NCBI GenBank assembly: GCA_047495785.1
Contig: JBLDXI010000030.1
Location: 1,240,001 to 1,304,000, forward strand
Reading direction: 5' to 3'
Length of the DNA stretch: 64,000 nt
Source: Lepidodermella squamata
Lineage: Eukaryota; Animalia; Gastrotricha
Shown: in pieces, positions 35,743 through 49,078 of the stretch
How positions within the stretch are numbered: the stretch's first letter is position 1
How the letters are laid out: the number at the start of each line of letters is the position of its first letter
Position numbers and translations under genes: made by a program
The notes under the pieces: generated by a model
What the model was told of the DNA's origin: nothing
Seen by the model: only the letters and a program-made list of their open reading frames with translations
Database searches by the model: none

Positions 35743-36897
35743 AAATTAAATTGTAAATGAAGTAAAAGTCCGCTTTAATCAGCCAGGAACGTTTGAACAA
35801 CGCAGTTCATTAGCATATTCAAATGGCAGACCGAATAGCCCCACAACATCATTTTTTCGTGGGGCTAAAAGGACGCAATTAATTAGACAAAAGTATGAGT
35901 CGGATCGGGGCGGTTTAAATTTTCATGGGTGCCCTAGCGTCTGTAGATTCAGGAAAAATTGATCGCAGGTCCAGCAAAATGCTTATCTGGTCCAGGTAAT
36001 TCAACGCAGAACAGTGCTTAAACTGAGGTAAACTTACACCTGAAAGGTAAGCCCATATCTTCACAAACACTTACTCTCAGGTCATGAAATTTTTATGGCA
36101 TGTGGGTCGTCTTTCCACCTAACTCCGTGCAAAATTTCATTGCTAACGGCCGGGTAGTTTTAGAGCCATGCTCATTCTCCCGTTTGCATGAACATTCGTC
36201 CGAATAGCCCCAATGACCCAGATTACCCCAACTGACGGTACGATGGATCGCATGCTTTCAAGTATGTGTAGGCTGCGTAGTATGTAGTCTGCGTCTGTGT
36301 AGTAACCGTTGGCAAGTGGAAAGCGGGGCTTGGCGAATTTTCCGTATATTTCCAGCAAATCTTTAAATCACCGAAATTAACCGCGCAGTTTAACAATTCA
36401 CAGTGAAAGTATTGAGGCTCAAGTCCGAAAAGTGCCTGTTCGCGCTCTAGCATACCCGAGCCTGATCGGGAAGCAGTGCTTTGCCTGTCCGAGCTCGGTC
36501 GATTCAAAGACGCCAGTACGCAACGTTGATGCTAAATCGAGTGAATGTGAACAACTCTCTGTTCATGTTCAACTCTTTAGCGCAATGTTTTATTTGTCGA
36601 AATAAAGGAGTTCGTTCATCTCAGTATTTCATCAGAGTAGGATTTATCTCGCCCCGGGTGGGCAAAGTCTAAAAGCTAAATTGCATGGTCGTGCTGTCGA
36701 GGCGTCGACAGCCCCTCGACCTGCTGTCATTAAGCCATTTGATGATACGCGTGGGAACATCACGTCAACATTCTACCCTTCACGCCCTTCTCCATGAATT
36801 AGCGCAATATCATTCATGTATCGAGATAGTACGAATAAGTTTTACGTAAAACTAAATCGTACTACAGTGAAACCCCGATTTGGCGTGTCAGCTCAAC

Positions 36898-36946
36898 TAG
36901 TAGTAGTAGTAATAGTAATAGTAGCAGTCGTAGTAGCTACAGTAGC
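36898..36946 (+). repeat. (TAG/TAA)n low-complexity microsatellite
   Basis: tagtagtagtagtaatagtaatagtagcagtcgtagtagc. Confidence 0.75.
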
Positions 36947-37020
36947 TCGTGGGGTCGCGTGTTGCAAAATTACAACTTAGACACTTCCAAATACCGATCG
37001 CGTGGATAACAACACTGAAA

Positions 37021-37143
37021 TTCATCTCGACCACCTTCTTGCGATGGCTGAATAAAACCCTTGAGCCATTCGGAGTTCAAGCAAAGGGTGAAAATTGGGC
37101 GTTAGGAGCAACAAACAGCGGCTTTAACGCTTACTATGCCCAA
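37021..37143 (+). pseudogene. Fragment of an SGNH hydrolase paralogue
   Basis: LRWLNKTLEPFGVQAKGENWALGATNSGFNAY matches 26475-26597. Confidence 0.8.
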
Positions 37144-37295
37144 AATATAGGACGCAGCGGCTTGCAGAAAATCAGAAAAAGCGTGATAGTTTTTAATGAG
37201 GTCCAAAGTCCAACTCGACCAATGAATCATCTCATTACACTTTTTGCAATCATGTCGAGCCTCGTTTTTGCTTAAGATCATATCAATGATTTTTG

Positions 37296-40200
37296 AAGGG
37301 TGCTTGTAAATCTGCCGCCCAAAAATGAAAAGCTCGCCCCATTATTGTCGCCCAAAAATAAATAACGCCGCACTCATTGCGTAATCGAAGCACTAATCAA
37401 CCTTAATTGCCCATTAACGCGAAAGGCCATGCCTGCATAAAAATCCGCCTTCAAATATAAAACTTCGCACAGTTTAAATATAAAGATGATGATACCTATT
37501 AGTCGCACGTCTATACTTTTATTTGGTATCAACATTACATCGGCTGAACAGGTATTTGAACCGAAATACCTACCACTTGGGATATGATTAATAGCGCGCG
37601 TCCTTTTTGTGTCTTCAGCCTTGAATGTTATGCCTACCTGCACTCCAGGCAAGCTTGTAAAGTGTGCACCCCCGCTGCGCGCCTTGCACGCACGTGAAAG
37701 AAGTCGAAGTGTTGCAAGCTCGCCGCGCTTTACTGCCGGGGGATCAAGGGATTATCTGCATCCGAGTGTTTACACGCCGGATAAGCTACGAAGCTGTGTG
37801 AAGAACTGTCGTCCCGTCGCTAAACTCGGCCGCTGTGACAATCGCTGTGACTCATTAGGCGTCGCCTAATCAGTTGATCACTCGAAACAGCTGCCGAGTT
37901 GGAGTATAAGCGTTTGGCTGCATTGAATTTAGAAACAGAGCGGGTTTTGAATACGGTATACACTGCGAGGCGTTGCGAGCATTGCCATGTCACGTTCATT
38001 CTCATTTGATCGAGCTTCAAGCTAAAAATGGTTTGGATATGGGTACCCTTCTTTTTTCAAAAGTTTCCTCGAAGGAAATAATACGCCACATTGCTTCAAT
38101 TATGCGTCAAAAACTAGTGAAGCACATCTGTGATGAGTCTATGGATCTATCTGTTATGGCTGACGAAAGTACGTCGGTTTCGACCAAATCTTGCCTATGC
38201 ATTTACTTGCGGGTAGTCGAAGTTATTGACGATCAAGAAGAGGCGATGACGTATCTGCTAGAATTGTTGAATTTAGAAAATATGAAGGCTGAGACAATAG
38301 CTGCGGCGATTCACAAGTCTCTCAACGATGCGGGATTTTCTGATCATTACCTGAACCAGCACTGGATAGCTCTTGCTACGGATGGCGCCTCGGCAATGTT
38401 CGGAAGGCTTTCCGGAGCCGGCCGTCGTTTACAGCGTTTATTTCCATTGCTAATGCTATGGCATTGCCTTGCCCATCGTCTTGAGCTGAGTATTGGCGAT
38501 GTTGTCCTCAAAGTCCAGGCTGTGAATCACTTCAAGCATTTTCTACAGGACCTCTATCATCTGTATAATCAGTAAGTTTCGCTTTTTCACTTGCTAATTT
38601 TGTGAGCATTTTTTGTTTCCAGATCTGGCCAGGCTAAAGCTGAACTCGAGGCCATCGGTGAACAGCTTGGTATCGCGGTCGTTGCTATTAAAAGGAGCTT
38701 CGATATTCGCTGGTGTCATTCGAGTTTCAAGGCTGTGTCCGCCATATCAAGAAACTTCAAGGCTCTGCATCAGCATCTTTTGAATCGGATGGAAGCCATT
38801 CCTGTTAACAGCAAGAATGCTGAGCAAAATAGCCTGCGCAAGAAACTTGGTGAATTGGCAAGTCGGCTGACTGATTTCACGTTTGTTGCAACACTGTGTC
38901 TCATGGAGGACATTTTGAGAACGGGTGGGCAGCTGAGCCTGGTTTTTCAGCGAATATCCTCCTCTCCGCTCAATGTTTGGGGCGAGATTCAGACGGCAAC
39001 CCGGGACATAACGAATTATCAAAATAAAGACGGAGTCAGTCTTGCCGCTTTTTCGCGTGAGTTTGAAGCAAAGAAGAGCTTCAAAGGAGTTGGTATTCGC
39101 GACGTCGATGGATCTGCGATTGCCTTCGAAAGGGAGTGCCACATTATGGCTCAATCGATATGGCAAACTCATTCTGTGATAACTCAATCTGTTACACTCA
39201 CTATGACATAACTCAAGATGGCGAAAAAAGGATTGACACACTTCCGATCTTGAGATCGTTCATTATGGCACAAACGGACATCAGTGTGACATTAAAATTG
39301 CCATATCATATCAATTTTGAATATGAGCGAATATGAGCCTCAAGACGCGGACGACGAGAGTGGCGAAGGCGATGACGAATCTGTTGACGAAGACGAGGCC
39401 CTTCAACGTCGCTGTGGCATCCGTGGGAAGAACCGACGGCTAGCCTGTTGCCGACTGTTACAGACGAACAGCCTATTGCTGAGCCTTCCCAGCCTGCCTC
39501 TGCAACCGCTAGCTCTGCGACGACCGTTCGTTGTATTAACCAGTGCTCGAGAGACCACAAGTTTCTGGTGTATCAAAGTCGGAAGCGAAAAAAGGACGGC
39601 TCGGTCTCATTTTTCGTCTCCATCGACGGTTTCAAATTCAAGCGAGGCTACGAAGCGTCGTCCAAGGAAAAAATTACCTGGCGTTGCACGGAAGCCGGCT
39701 GCAACGGGTATATTTTTACTAATTTGGACCACGCGCCGCTTCACTGCAATTTATGGCGCGAGCACAACCACTCTGATAGACGCAACGACATTGAAGCTGA
39801 AGCTTTGTGCCAGGATATGGTATTATTATAATTTTTAATCAGATTTTTTAAATATTATTAATACTGTTATAGGTGAATCGCGCGGCTGGTTGCCTTTATA
39901 AATCAGCATTCGAAGCCGTCAGATTCCTTTACCGTTCGTCGGTGTCTATCGCTATGGCATTCAACTGAGGCGTCCTCGATTCAGGCCCACCATCTGGAAT
40001 ATGCGACAGCGGGTCTTGGACGGCCTTCCCAGAACCGACAATGATGCCGAGGCTTGGCATAAAGCCATTCAGGAAGCTTTGGGCATAAACCATCCTTCAG
40101 TGTACCCGCTTATTCAGCACCTTCGAAAATCGCAGGACGTAACCGAACAGCGAGCCTCGAGAGCCGACCAGGGCGAACCAGTCCTCCTTAGACCGGGTTC

Positions 40201-42118
40201 CAAGACGCGACGAGGCAAGGACAACGCTGCATTGGCCAAGTTCCTAAACGACGAGCCGCTGCCTTCCGATGACGATCCGGCGGCAATCATCCGGTACATC
40301 AACACAATCGCCAAGAAATTCGATCTTCAGGTCAGTAAATTCAGCCATCTGGCCGATGAATTCAGCGCAACCGAAGACGAGGGGGACGAGGTGGAAGACG
40401 ACGAAGAATAACTCTCTTTTTTTCTTTAATAATTTGTTGCCACTCCTGAAAACTCAATAAATTCCGCTGACTTTCTGCCAGAATGATAACCTCCTGTTCC
40501 ATTACGTGTTTTGCCATAATGAATGACAAATTTTCGAGTGGTTTTAGGTCAAAGTAAAATTGTTCCATAGTGATTACTCCATGATGTGTTTGCCAAAGTG
40601 TGTTTGCCATTCTGATCGCCTCCCCTTCGAAATTTCAAGAAAAAACATTTGTAAGGCTGTCATCGACTCATTTTCCTCTCGCTTCGAACCATCAAGCGAA
40701 ATTATGAAGTGGGCTGATTTGCTCAACCCTCATTCTTGGCCAGCAGAAGACCTGGAAACATTTGGCCAAGGCCGCACGATTACCCTGGCTGGGAAAATGC
40801 GGGTCGACGCCGACAAAATCGGGTTTGAGTTTGCAAAAATGAAGCTCACGAAATGCGCCCCTGGCGAGGAGATCAACAAGCTCAAACGTAAGCTGAATAC
40901 GTTCCCGATCGCGAGCTCGGACGTCGAGCGGGGATTTTCCTGCATGGAGGGTATTTGGACGGATGATCGCAACCAACTCGAAGTTGAAACGGCCTCAGGT
41001 TGGATATAAGAATAGACTTGAAATTATTTTATGTGTTTTGCTTTCATTAGACTTGATGTTTGTCAAGGTGAATGGACCGGCTTTACGAAACTTCATCGCG
41101 ACTCCGTACGTGTTTTCGTGGCTTCAAGCGAATCACCGCAGCGCTGTCGCACAAGACAGAAGGCCCGACGTTGTAGACGATACCAAAGAACGAATCAAGA
41201 AAAACATCTTTAATTAAATGAGTTTAATTGTTGGCATGTTATCCGTTATTCTGAACCCTGAACTCTTTTGAAAACGACTTTCACTTATGACGAATAAAGC
41301 AGTTGCTAATACAAAGCGGTATAATAAGACCATGCGAGTGAGCCCAAGCGAGCGAGCTAAAAAAATTTTGAGTCAAACAGGCGTCCCTGGTAGTTGAATG
41401 TCCTACTTTCCACGCTGTTAGGCGTGACTCATTATATTCAGTTACTACCTTTAATGATAATAAATAGGAGCCAACTTTGCTGTCTAGTTCTGTTGTAAAC
41501 AAAATCTGCGATATGGCTATATAGAGAGTTAAGAGCAATGATTAGGAAATGGAGATCGCTTTTAGATTCGTTAACGTGTGGCGACATGATTGATTATAAC
41601 CGATATAGCATCAGACGTTCCCGATTTCGGCCTTGGGACTGGTAAGCATGTCGTAGTTTTATTCATATAGGCCCTCTGCCGGCCGGCGCTATAGGCACAT
41701 AGACTGTTTACAAATCAAATGCTTCAAAGACCGCGCGTCGTATAGCCCATCGTACTGCCATCTTCAAGGTCCCATTCGAACAGTTTGGATAAAAAATGGG
41801 CTAGCAGCTCATCTAGCAGGCCGAGAATACCCGCAATTTTTTATATTACTGCTCGCAAACAGCAATTGGTTGAGCCGCAGTTTCAACACTGAGCTTTCCA
41901 ATTTTAGGAAAGGATGAACGAGAAAATGATGAAAAACTGAGTAAAAGATTTTGGAGAAAATAATACATTTCATGGCTTTATTCTGAGGCGCACACTTGGG
42001 GCGAACATTCGCCATTGAGGGGCATCGGTTGCGCCACCGGGGCGGCTTTGTTTACCTTGAGAGCGCGCTTATTTTAAATGAGGGCGAACTTTTACATTTC
42101 GGGGCGACAGATTTTATG
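37296..42118 (+). mobile_element. hAT-family element with an intron-containing ZNF862-like transposase, disrupted by a nested MULE
   Basis: MADESTS, ATDGASAMFG, WHCLAHRLELSI, FDIRW and C-terminal PIASSDVERGFS..LMFVKVNGP. Introns ~38572-38621 and ~40999-41051. Imperfect inverted ends AAATCTGCCGCCC / GGGCGACAGATTT; boundaries are approximate. Confidence 0.8.
39132..40624 (+). mobile_element. Internally deleted MULE (FLYWCH domain + transposase C-terminus)
   Basis: Ends GGGAG...CTCCC with TSD CTTCGAAA (39124-39131, 40625-40632; 9 bp if the adjacent C is counted). Excision restores the hAT frame AIAFEISRKN. FLYWCH-like DGFKF..WRC..C..EHNH and MULE tail WN..PRTDNDAEAWH..HPSVY are present; no DDE core. 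Confidence 0.85.
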
Positions 42119-42407
42119 TTACCGATTTTTGAAATGGGGGCAATCGCATAAAATTAATAAAAATTAATAATTAATGGAAATGGTTATGGAATGAAAAGCG
42201 TTTGAAAAATAGGGAATTTTTTATGCGGATATAGTCAACCTAAGCCCTAATCGTAACTTACCTAACTTACCTAACTTGCCTAACGCATTAAAATAAGGGA
42301 TTAATGGGTAGCTCATGATAAACAACTTTTTCATCCTGTATTACTGGAGGATTCTCTTTTAGATTGTCTTGTCACGCAGAACACCAAGCTCGTGGCCAGG
42401 TCGGAAT

Positions 42408-42812
42408 ATATCGTTGGCGACGTTGAAAAACTCCATAGCGCAGCCACTTTTTACCGTGGCCGAGAATATCTCACAATAGAGCCCTTAATTTGAATAAGGG
42501 AACGCGAACAGATTTTTCGGCGAATATTTTTCATTTTGGAAATAAAAAATATTGGCCCAAAAAGTTTGTCCTTTTGTGCAGGCAATTCGTTTGCACTATT
42601 GTGCGATTTTCTCGGCTACGGTAAAAAGTGGCTGCGCTATGTCGGATTTAGGCGTTTTTACTTCCATTTCAAGGTGATAGGTGACAAGTAAAAAATCTTT
42701 TGTTTTTGCCTCTTCATTGACATTGAAAAAAACGCTTTTTACTTGTCACCCGTGACATTGAAACGGAAGTAAACAAGCCTAAATCCGAGTTATTCAACGT
42801 CGCTAACGATAT
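42408..42812. mobile_element. Two nested MITEs
   Basis: Outer TIR ATATCGTTGGCGACGTTGAA..TCGGATTTAGGC / GCCTAAATCCGAG..TTCAACGTCGCTAACGATAT. The inner element 42434-42641 (CATAGCGCAGCCACTTTTTACCG...CGGTAAAAAGTGGCTGCGCTATG) has a 2-bp TSD TC and sits in the outer left TIR. Confidence 0.85.
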
Positions 42813-43667
42813 GAACATTTCACAGAAATTTACCTAGTTATTTATAGTATTTTTGGCACTGGACTGTCTCCGTGATTATACGGTATACACAATGAGGAAA
42901 CTCTCTTTGAGAGAAAAGAGTAGATCATGAGCACTGACGCTTCGCTATGACCTAAGAGACTTACTTTTGAAGTGAAAAATGGCTCTGTCTAAAAAAAAAC
43001 ATCAAAAGTAACAAAACGAATCAGTTTTAGTGGACTTCTAGAGACGCAACCCATACATAGGATACATAGGACTTGGTATAGGGGTGAACATCGCTATTAT
43101 CAATTCCAGTCCATGACTCTGAAGTAACCAAGACGATGCCGGATATCGCTGCAATGTTAATGTATGCCTCATTTACGATCTAGTTGTTACCATCAGAAAA
43201 TTCATTCTGTTGAATTCATGCTCAGCTACTTGCGAATAACTTCTAGCGTTTGATTGTTTTGGCCACAGAAACACGATATAACCAGACAATTAGAAACGAA
43301 AGTAGACGGCGTTCGGATTATGCCGGATATTAGAAATATATTTATTTAGAGCACAGGTAAGCGTCGATGCTTTAAAACGTGACCTTCGTTTATAAAGTCG
43401 AATCGTATTGGAAAACGGCTGAAAACACCGAAAAAAAATAAAAAAAAATCGAAAAAAGCAGTCGAAGCAATAATTAGGAATAATGGTAATTGAGGCATCA
43501 ATTACGAAAATCAAGCATTTTTCATGCTGTCATAAAAAAAACCTCGTCGATTTCAGTCATCCCAGCAGAGCAATCCATCAAACTGAATTCGCGAATCTGC
43601 AGATATGATTTTTGATTTCCCATTTACCAGAAACATTATTATAAAGAAATTCAAGCTAAGCTTCGTG

Positions 43668-46537
43668 TCATTCGTACTTGAGAACGTACAACGCATATAG
43701 GTTGATTCCAAAGAAAAAGGCCACAGCCATAACAAAGCCGAGTGCATTCAGCAGATTCACGACTGAAATGCGTAGGCAGCCGAATTTCAGCATCTTGTTG
43801 GCTGATTTTGCCATATCGGTCGCAATATAGCCGAGAAGCAAGTTGTAAAAGCTGACCAATCCGGTGTAGACTGACATGTAGAAAATGTACTCGGTCAAAA
43901 GGATCATCGCAGCACTTTTCGGGACATCTTCCAAGACCTGATTCTGGGCAACAGTCAATGCGAGAAGGATCGTGACTACAAACATCACTCGATCTGGCTT
44001 GTTAGCTTGCATAAGAAACGCTGCTAGTTCCAAGAATGTGAGAACCAGACAAGGACCAATGATGTTCAATAGGTAGTAGTTGGGCCTCCTTCTAAAGCTT
44101 AGTTTGAAAACAGCCACGCTGACTTTGCTTCCAATGGTCGGAGCAGACAACAGTTTGATTTCCCATTTCGTTTCCTTAGGCAGAATCTCCCACTGGGCAA
44201 CTGGGGATAGCTCATCAGGTGTTATCATATTCAGCTTGGAAAACGCTGTAAGATTGACTGAGCGATGAATGCCGAACTTGATCTCGCAGGTCTGCGTATC
44301 GAACGGGAACTTTCGCAGGTCCATGTCGCAAGTTGACTTGAACACGCCAACTCTCGACCAGTAGAACTGCATGTTAATATACATTTCATCGAATGGCCTG
44401 ATTATAAAGACGAAGTCGTCCCCCAGTTGGCTATTCACCATATAGACGTTATCAGGGCTAGATCTAAATGTCAAAGGAGGCAGCCAGTAGTCTTCTTTAC
44501 TTGCCACAAACACTCGAGAAGGGCCATCAATGTCGACTGGAATATCCGTCTTTTTACAAGTCGAAACGTTCCAATGCAGTTGGATGATCCCTGATAACGA
44601 AATCGTCTCAGCAACCTCGTCGATCCCGAAGAATTGGTCGACCACAAAAATGGCTGAAATGTTAGTTGCACTGCCGTTGTTGGGCGGGGCGCTTCTGTCA
44701 GCTGAAAAGTCGTGACATGAGCTCTTCGCAATGTCCGAATCTCGAATTTTAGGCGTGGCTGTTTCTTTGGCTAACTGGGGCATCGCAGCTTCTGCCTTCT
44801 GCTCCACAGAGAGTTTTTGTGGGGGCGGGGCAGGGGTGGTCGTAGTAGTTGTTGGACTAGTCGTTGTTTCGATCGCTCGAGTTGTGGTTGGAGCTGTAGT
44901 TGAATCGACTGCACGATTCGTTGTTTGCATTGGTGACGTTGTAATAGATCGTGGCGTAGTATCTGCAACTGCCCCAGTCGATGCAATATCGGTTGTTGGC
45001 TGTGAAGTCGGACTATTCGATGCAATGACGGTCGTGGCTGGGGTCTTTGACATTGTACTGGTCAGAAGGGGCGAAGTTGCAGGTGTTGTTGACCTTGTAG
45101 TTGGACTATTCGTCGCCATGACAGTCGGTATATTCGTGGTTGAGGCCTTTGAGGTTGTACTCGTCTGAAGGGATGAAGTTGAGGTTGCGACGCTTGATAT
45201 CGTGCTGGTTGTTGAAATGTTCAGTTTGACTGTAAATATGCTCTTATTAAGCGCATGATAATGAAAAATAATTTCCAAACGCAACTCATTTTCAACTTCA
45301 GATAGAACCCATGACTTTGATTGAACGAACTTCCTCTCGGATGAAAAAAGACATAGATCTCTCGCGTGTCGCTAGATATGGTTGACATCGGTCCTGGAGA
45401 TAATTCCTCCTTATTTTCTCTGGTATCAACGTTGAAAAGCTTCGAATAAACTGTCCCTTTTTCGTAGTTGATTGTGTTAAGCTCAAGATATATCCCTCGG
45501 TCGCGAGTAATCGTGTAGTTGAGAAGAGAATATCTGAAAAAAGAGAAATTGACAGTCGTTACTATTCATTTGGTTTGTAATTAATCACTGAAGTTGTCGA
45601 TCCTCAGGTATCTTGACTCGCCATAAGCACTGCCTGTTGATAGTATCGAACTGAATCATCGGCCTCACCCCGATCACGGCCTCTTCGAATTCCCAATCGA
45701 TGGTTGTGAACGCATTGCATATTCCAACTATCTTAGGAAAAATCTTCGTACCAAGGCTTGATTGATCTGTTGCATCGACTTGCTCGAAATAGATTTCCAA
45801 CCGCATGTAAAGTACGACTTCAATCGAGGAGAATGTAACAAGCGCAGATGAGCTTTTGCTCGTTAATGTGACATTATTATCCGGCCCTAGGTCGCTTGGG
45901 TAGAAAACACCGAGTGTTGGCGCTACACCCGAAAAACCTGCATCGTAGAGCCCGACGCGGGCATCATTTCGGATCTTCCCATCAGAATCAACGACGCGCA
46001 AGTACATTTTAGAAAATGTGAGGGCTTTCCCTGGGTCTGCGAAAATTCTCCACTGATTTGACTGATAACCGGCGAAGATAGTGATGTTGATTAGTCCATT
46101 CTTCAAACCTCGAATAGTTGTCTTCTCCAGAAGATACCAATCGATGCTGTTGATTGTGTTGTTAGCCGTGTACTGACATGATGGCCCGAATGATTTATCC
46201 GGACACATACAGGTAAATCCATTCCAGCACAAGCCCGTGCCACAGTTTGGCGAACATGTACTAGCCGGCGATGCTTGAAATTTGACAAATTTATAAAAAT
46301 TTCCTAACTTTGTTTCGCTCTTACGACTATCGCAATTAGGGCCCTGGAACCCATATTTGCAGTTACAGAAACCAGTCGCGTTACATGAGCCCTGATTCGA
46401 GCAACTACCCGGGCAAGTCGATAAAGCTGAAATATATTATTATTACGATTAAGGACAATTCTAACGCATAGCGCACCTGTGCAGATCCACTGCGAGAGAA
46501 GCACGAGAGAAGCAAACGCAATATTGAAAAGCGCCAT
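43668..46537 (-). CDS. Modular Cys-loop receptor copy B: signal peptide-EGF-EGF-CUB-like x2-longer mucin stalk-LBD-4TM (no Sushi-like segment)
   Basis: Exon layout parallels 30277-33220. The first EGF reads CPGSCSNQGSCNATGFCNCKYGFQGPNC. The channel part is almost identical to copy A; no lesion seen. Confidence 0.8.
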
Positions 46538-48135
46538 TCCGACAAACAAAAAGCCACCGACTGCGAGAATCTGCTGGCGGATTGTGGATATCATCGCACA
46601 TCTTGAGCTATTTTTGCCTTTCATCAACGTGTTTTTGTTTCAACGCCCACTTTGCAATTTCCTATCGGGAAAAAAACAAGGGCTTGCAATTGATTGCTCC
46701 CCCGATATCAGCAACCCCGCTATCTGCCCACCCCCGTTAGTAGTCATCGATTTGTTGACCCTGCTAAATAAACTTGTAGAAAATTCCTAATTAAACAAAA
46801 ACTAATTATCTGATAGATTAAGAAAATTAAGTATAAAAAATTTGCGTTCCTGGCAACCTAGCGGCGCGTTGTCGTGGTTTTGAGAGATCTTTTTCGGATC
46901 CAGATATTTCAAGTTCAGTTAAAACGAGTTGAACAGCGCATTAAGCTGTTTTCGTGGTTTTGAAATGACTTTGATTATGCAACAGAGTGTGTGGATTAGC
47001 TGCACTCAAGTCGTGCTGCGAGTCGTCCTGTTTTTTCATCCCTAATTCATCATAAATTCTGCCAGTTCATCGTAAGAAAATCAGCAATTGATTTCTATAC
47101 CTCTACCTATTACAATTTCCATCCATCTCCTTGCTGTGCAAATTATTCCCGAGGTAGCTTGCTCATCAACTATTCACCCATCTGAATTGCCTTGATTTTT
47201 CATGTTTTCGAGTTTTCCCTGCTAAACAAATCGTGAACTGAATAGGAACAGTGGCAACAGTGGGACACCTGGGTTCTCATTTAAAATTTAAAAAATCTAA
47301 AAACCTGGAAGCTTCTGGAGCCTTATGGAGGCTGCTCATGGGTTTGATTAAAGTGATGATGTTACGTTTCGGGATTAATAGTACATGCTTCTGGTAGATG
47401 CCGATGGTCTTATTGAGCTATCGGTTAATTCGAGGTTGCTGTTTTGGTTAGTTTATCTTTTACTCTTTCGTTTTGGCGTTATTCGCTAGTCATTGATTAA
47501 ATAAATAGAATAAATAAATAAAATAATTTCGACGCAATCCGTGTTCTTCTTGCTGCATACGTGTTCTTGTGCCCACAATTTTCACACTGCAATATTTAAT
47601 CCCGATTTTCTTATTGAGTGTCATCGTCTGAACAGCTGCCCGGGGATATAACAGCGTATACCGGCAAATTAGGCGCTTAAAACTGGGGCAATTTCATAAT
47701 AAATAGTCATAATAAATGCATCCCAATTGCACTACAACCAAGCGCATTTGCCTCGCGCTCCTGTTATGCGTATATATTGGACATAGAGGAGGAAATAAGT
47801 TGAAAAACCGAACATATAATGACCGAGCCGAAGGCGAGGACATTATTTGTGAGGTTTTTCAACATATTTACGACTCTAAGTCCAATATTTGCATATACCC
47901 CGAGGCATAGTAGCATCTACTGAATGTCAGGGCTCCGTTGAAATACATACCCCCCATGTTGCAAGGGTTTCAATTAATAAAATATTAGAAAAATAAAAGA
48001 TCCAACTTAATTGTTTCATAAAAAATCGGGCTTTTCGCCATTTTTGAATCAAACGCTCATTCTGTCGATTTTCGTTTTGATTTTCACTCGCCATTTTGCT
48101 GCCGGATCGTCCTATCAATTTGGCTTTACTGTACA

Positions 48136-49078
48136 ATGGCTCAACCAGATCAACCTTCTACATCACGTGGTAGCAGGTTCGTTCACAGCAATGATCATCA
48201 AGACCTGACTAAACTAAGCATGATGAGCAACACTTGGAAGAAAATGAACACAGCTTTGGGCCTGTATGCCAAATGGGTGGAACGATGTTGCGGCGAAAGA
48301 TTCCTCAATCGTGCCTGTCGATGCTCGCGACTTGAAAGATCTTCCGAAAAACATTCTGGCAGATCAGGTAGCTTTGCCTGTTTTTTTTATTTTCCTTGTC
48401 GATTTTTGTTTTCATGGCAGGTTTCGATGTTTGTTCTTGCTCTGAGGAAGGATGAAGAAACACTCTACCCGCTGAAAACTGTGTCCGAGTATGTCGACAT
48501 GTTGCAACGGTATTTGAAGGAGAATGGTGTCCAATTTGTGTATCGTTCGGATGTCCAATTCAGAAAGGTGGTTCAGGCGCTTAATCTCTACGGCAAGAAG
48601 GGCAACGATGCAGGGGTAAACAAGCCCGTAAGGCAGTCGGATGAATTGCCGATAGAGATCGAACGTGAAATGTTCAGCTTGGGGATTCTTGGGCGGTCTA
48701 ATCCACGATTGCTGTTACGAACAATTGGATATTTGATCGGTATTCGCGTTGCTTCTCGCGGCGGGGGCGAACTGAGGTCGTTCGAACACCGTCACGTAAA
48801 GAGAATGGAAACTACAAATGGTCGGCCATATTTCCTGATGACGATTCCTCCATCCAAAACTACGCACACCAGCCTTCGAAACCTGCATTCTAAGATTACG
48901 GAATTCAAAATATTTCCGACACCGAATGCAGGCGAGAGATGCCTCTTCTCGCTCTTGGAACTCTACTTATCGAAGGTTCCCAATCGCGCCGAAACTAGTT
49001 GGTTCTTCCGCCAATCGATAGCCAACCCCGCCGATCCGGATGTATGGTACATGAAAACGGCAGCCGGACGGCACAAGC
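48136..49078 (+). mobile_element. Crypton-like (DUF3504/ZMYM-type) tyrosine recombinase, interrupted and 3'-truncated
   Basis: FVLALRK..E..YP..T, LQRYL, GILGRSNPRLL, ASRGGGELRSF, CLFSLLELYLSKVP, WYMKTAAGRHK(L). It continues only a few nt beyond the P element (52885-52889). Confidence 0.7.

Larger units (their letters stand above)
33435..36238. mobile_element. Non-autonomous Tc1/mariner(pogo)-type element hosting nested retroelements
   Basis: TA|CCGTCAGTTGGGG...CCCCAACTGACGG|TA, with subterminal repeats GGGGCTATTCGGAC in inverted orientation at the two ends. Confidence 0.75.

Noticed and set aside
37973-41217. Domesticated ZNF862-like host gene (because it has introns)
   Set aside because: It is disrupted by a MULE and flanked by inverted terminal-like sequences; introns are common in hAT transposases.
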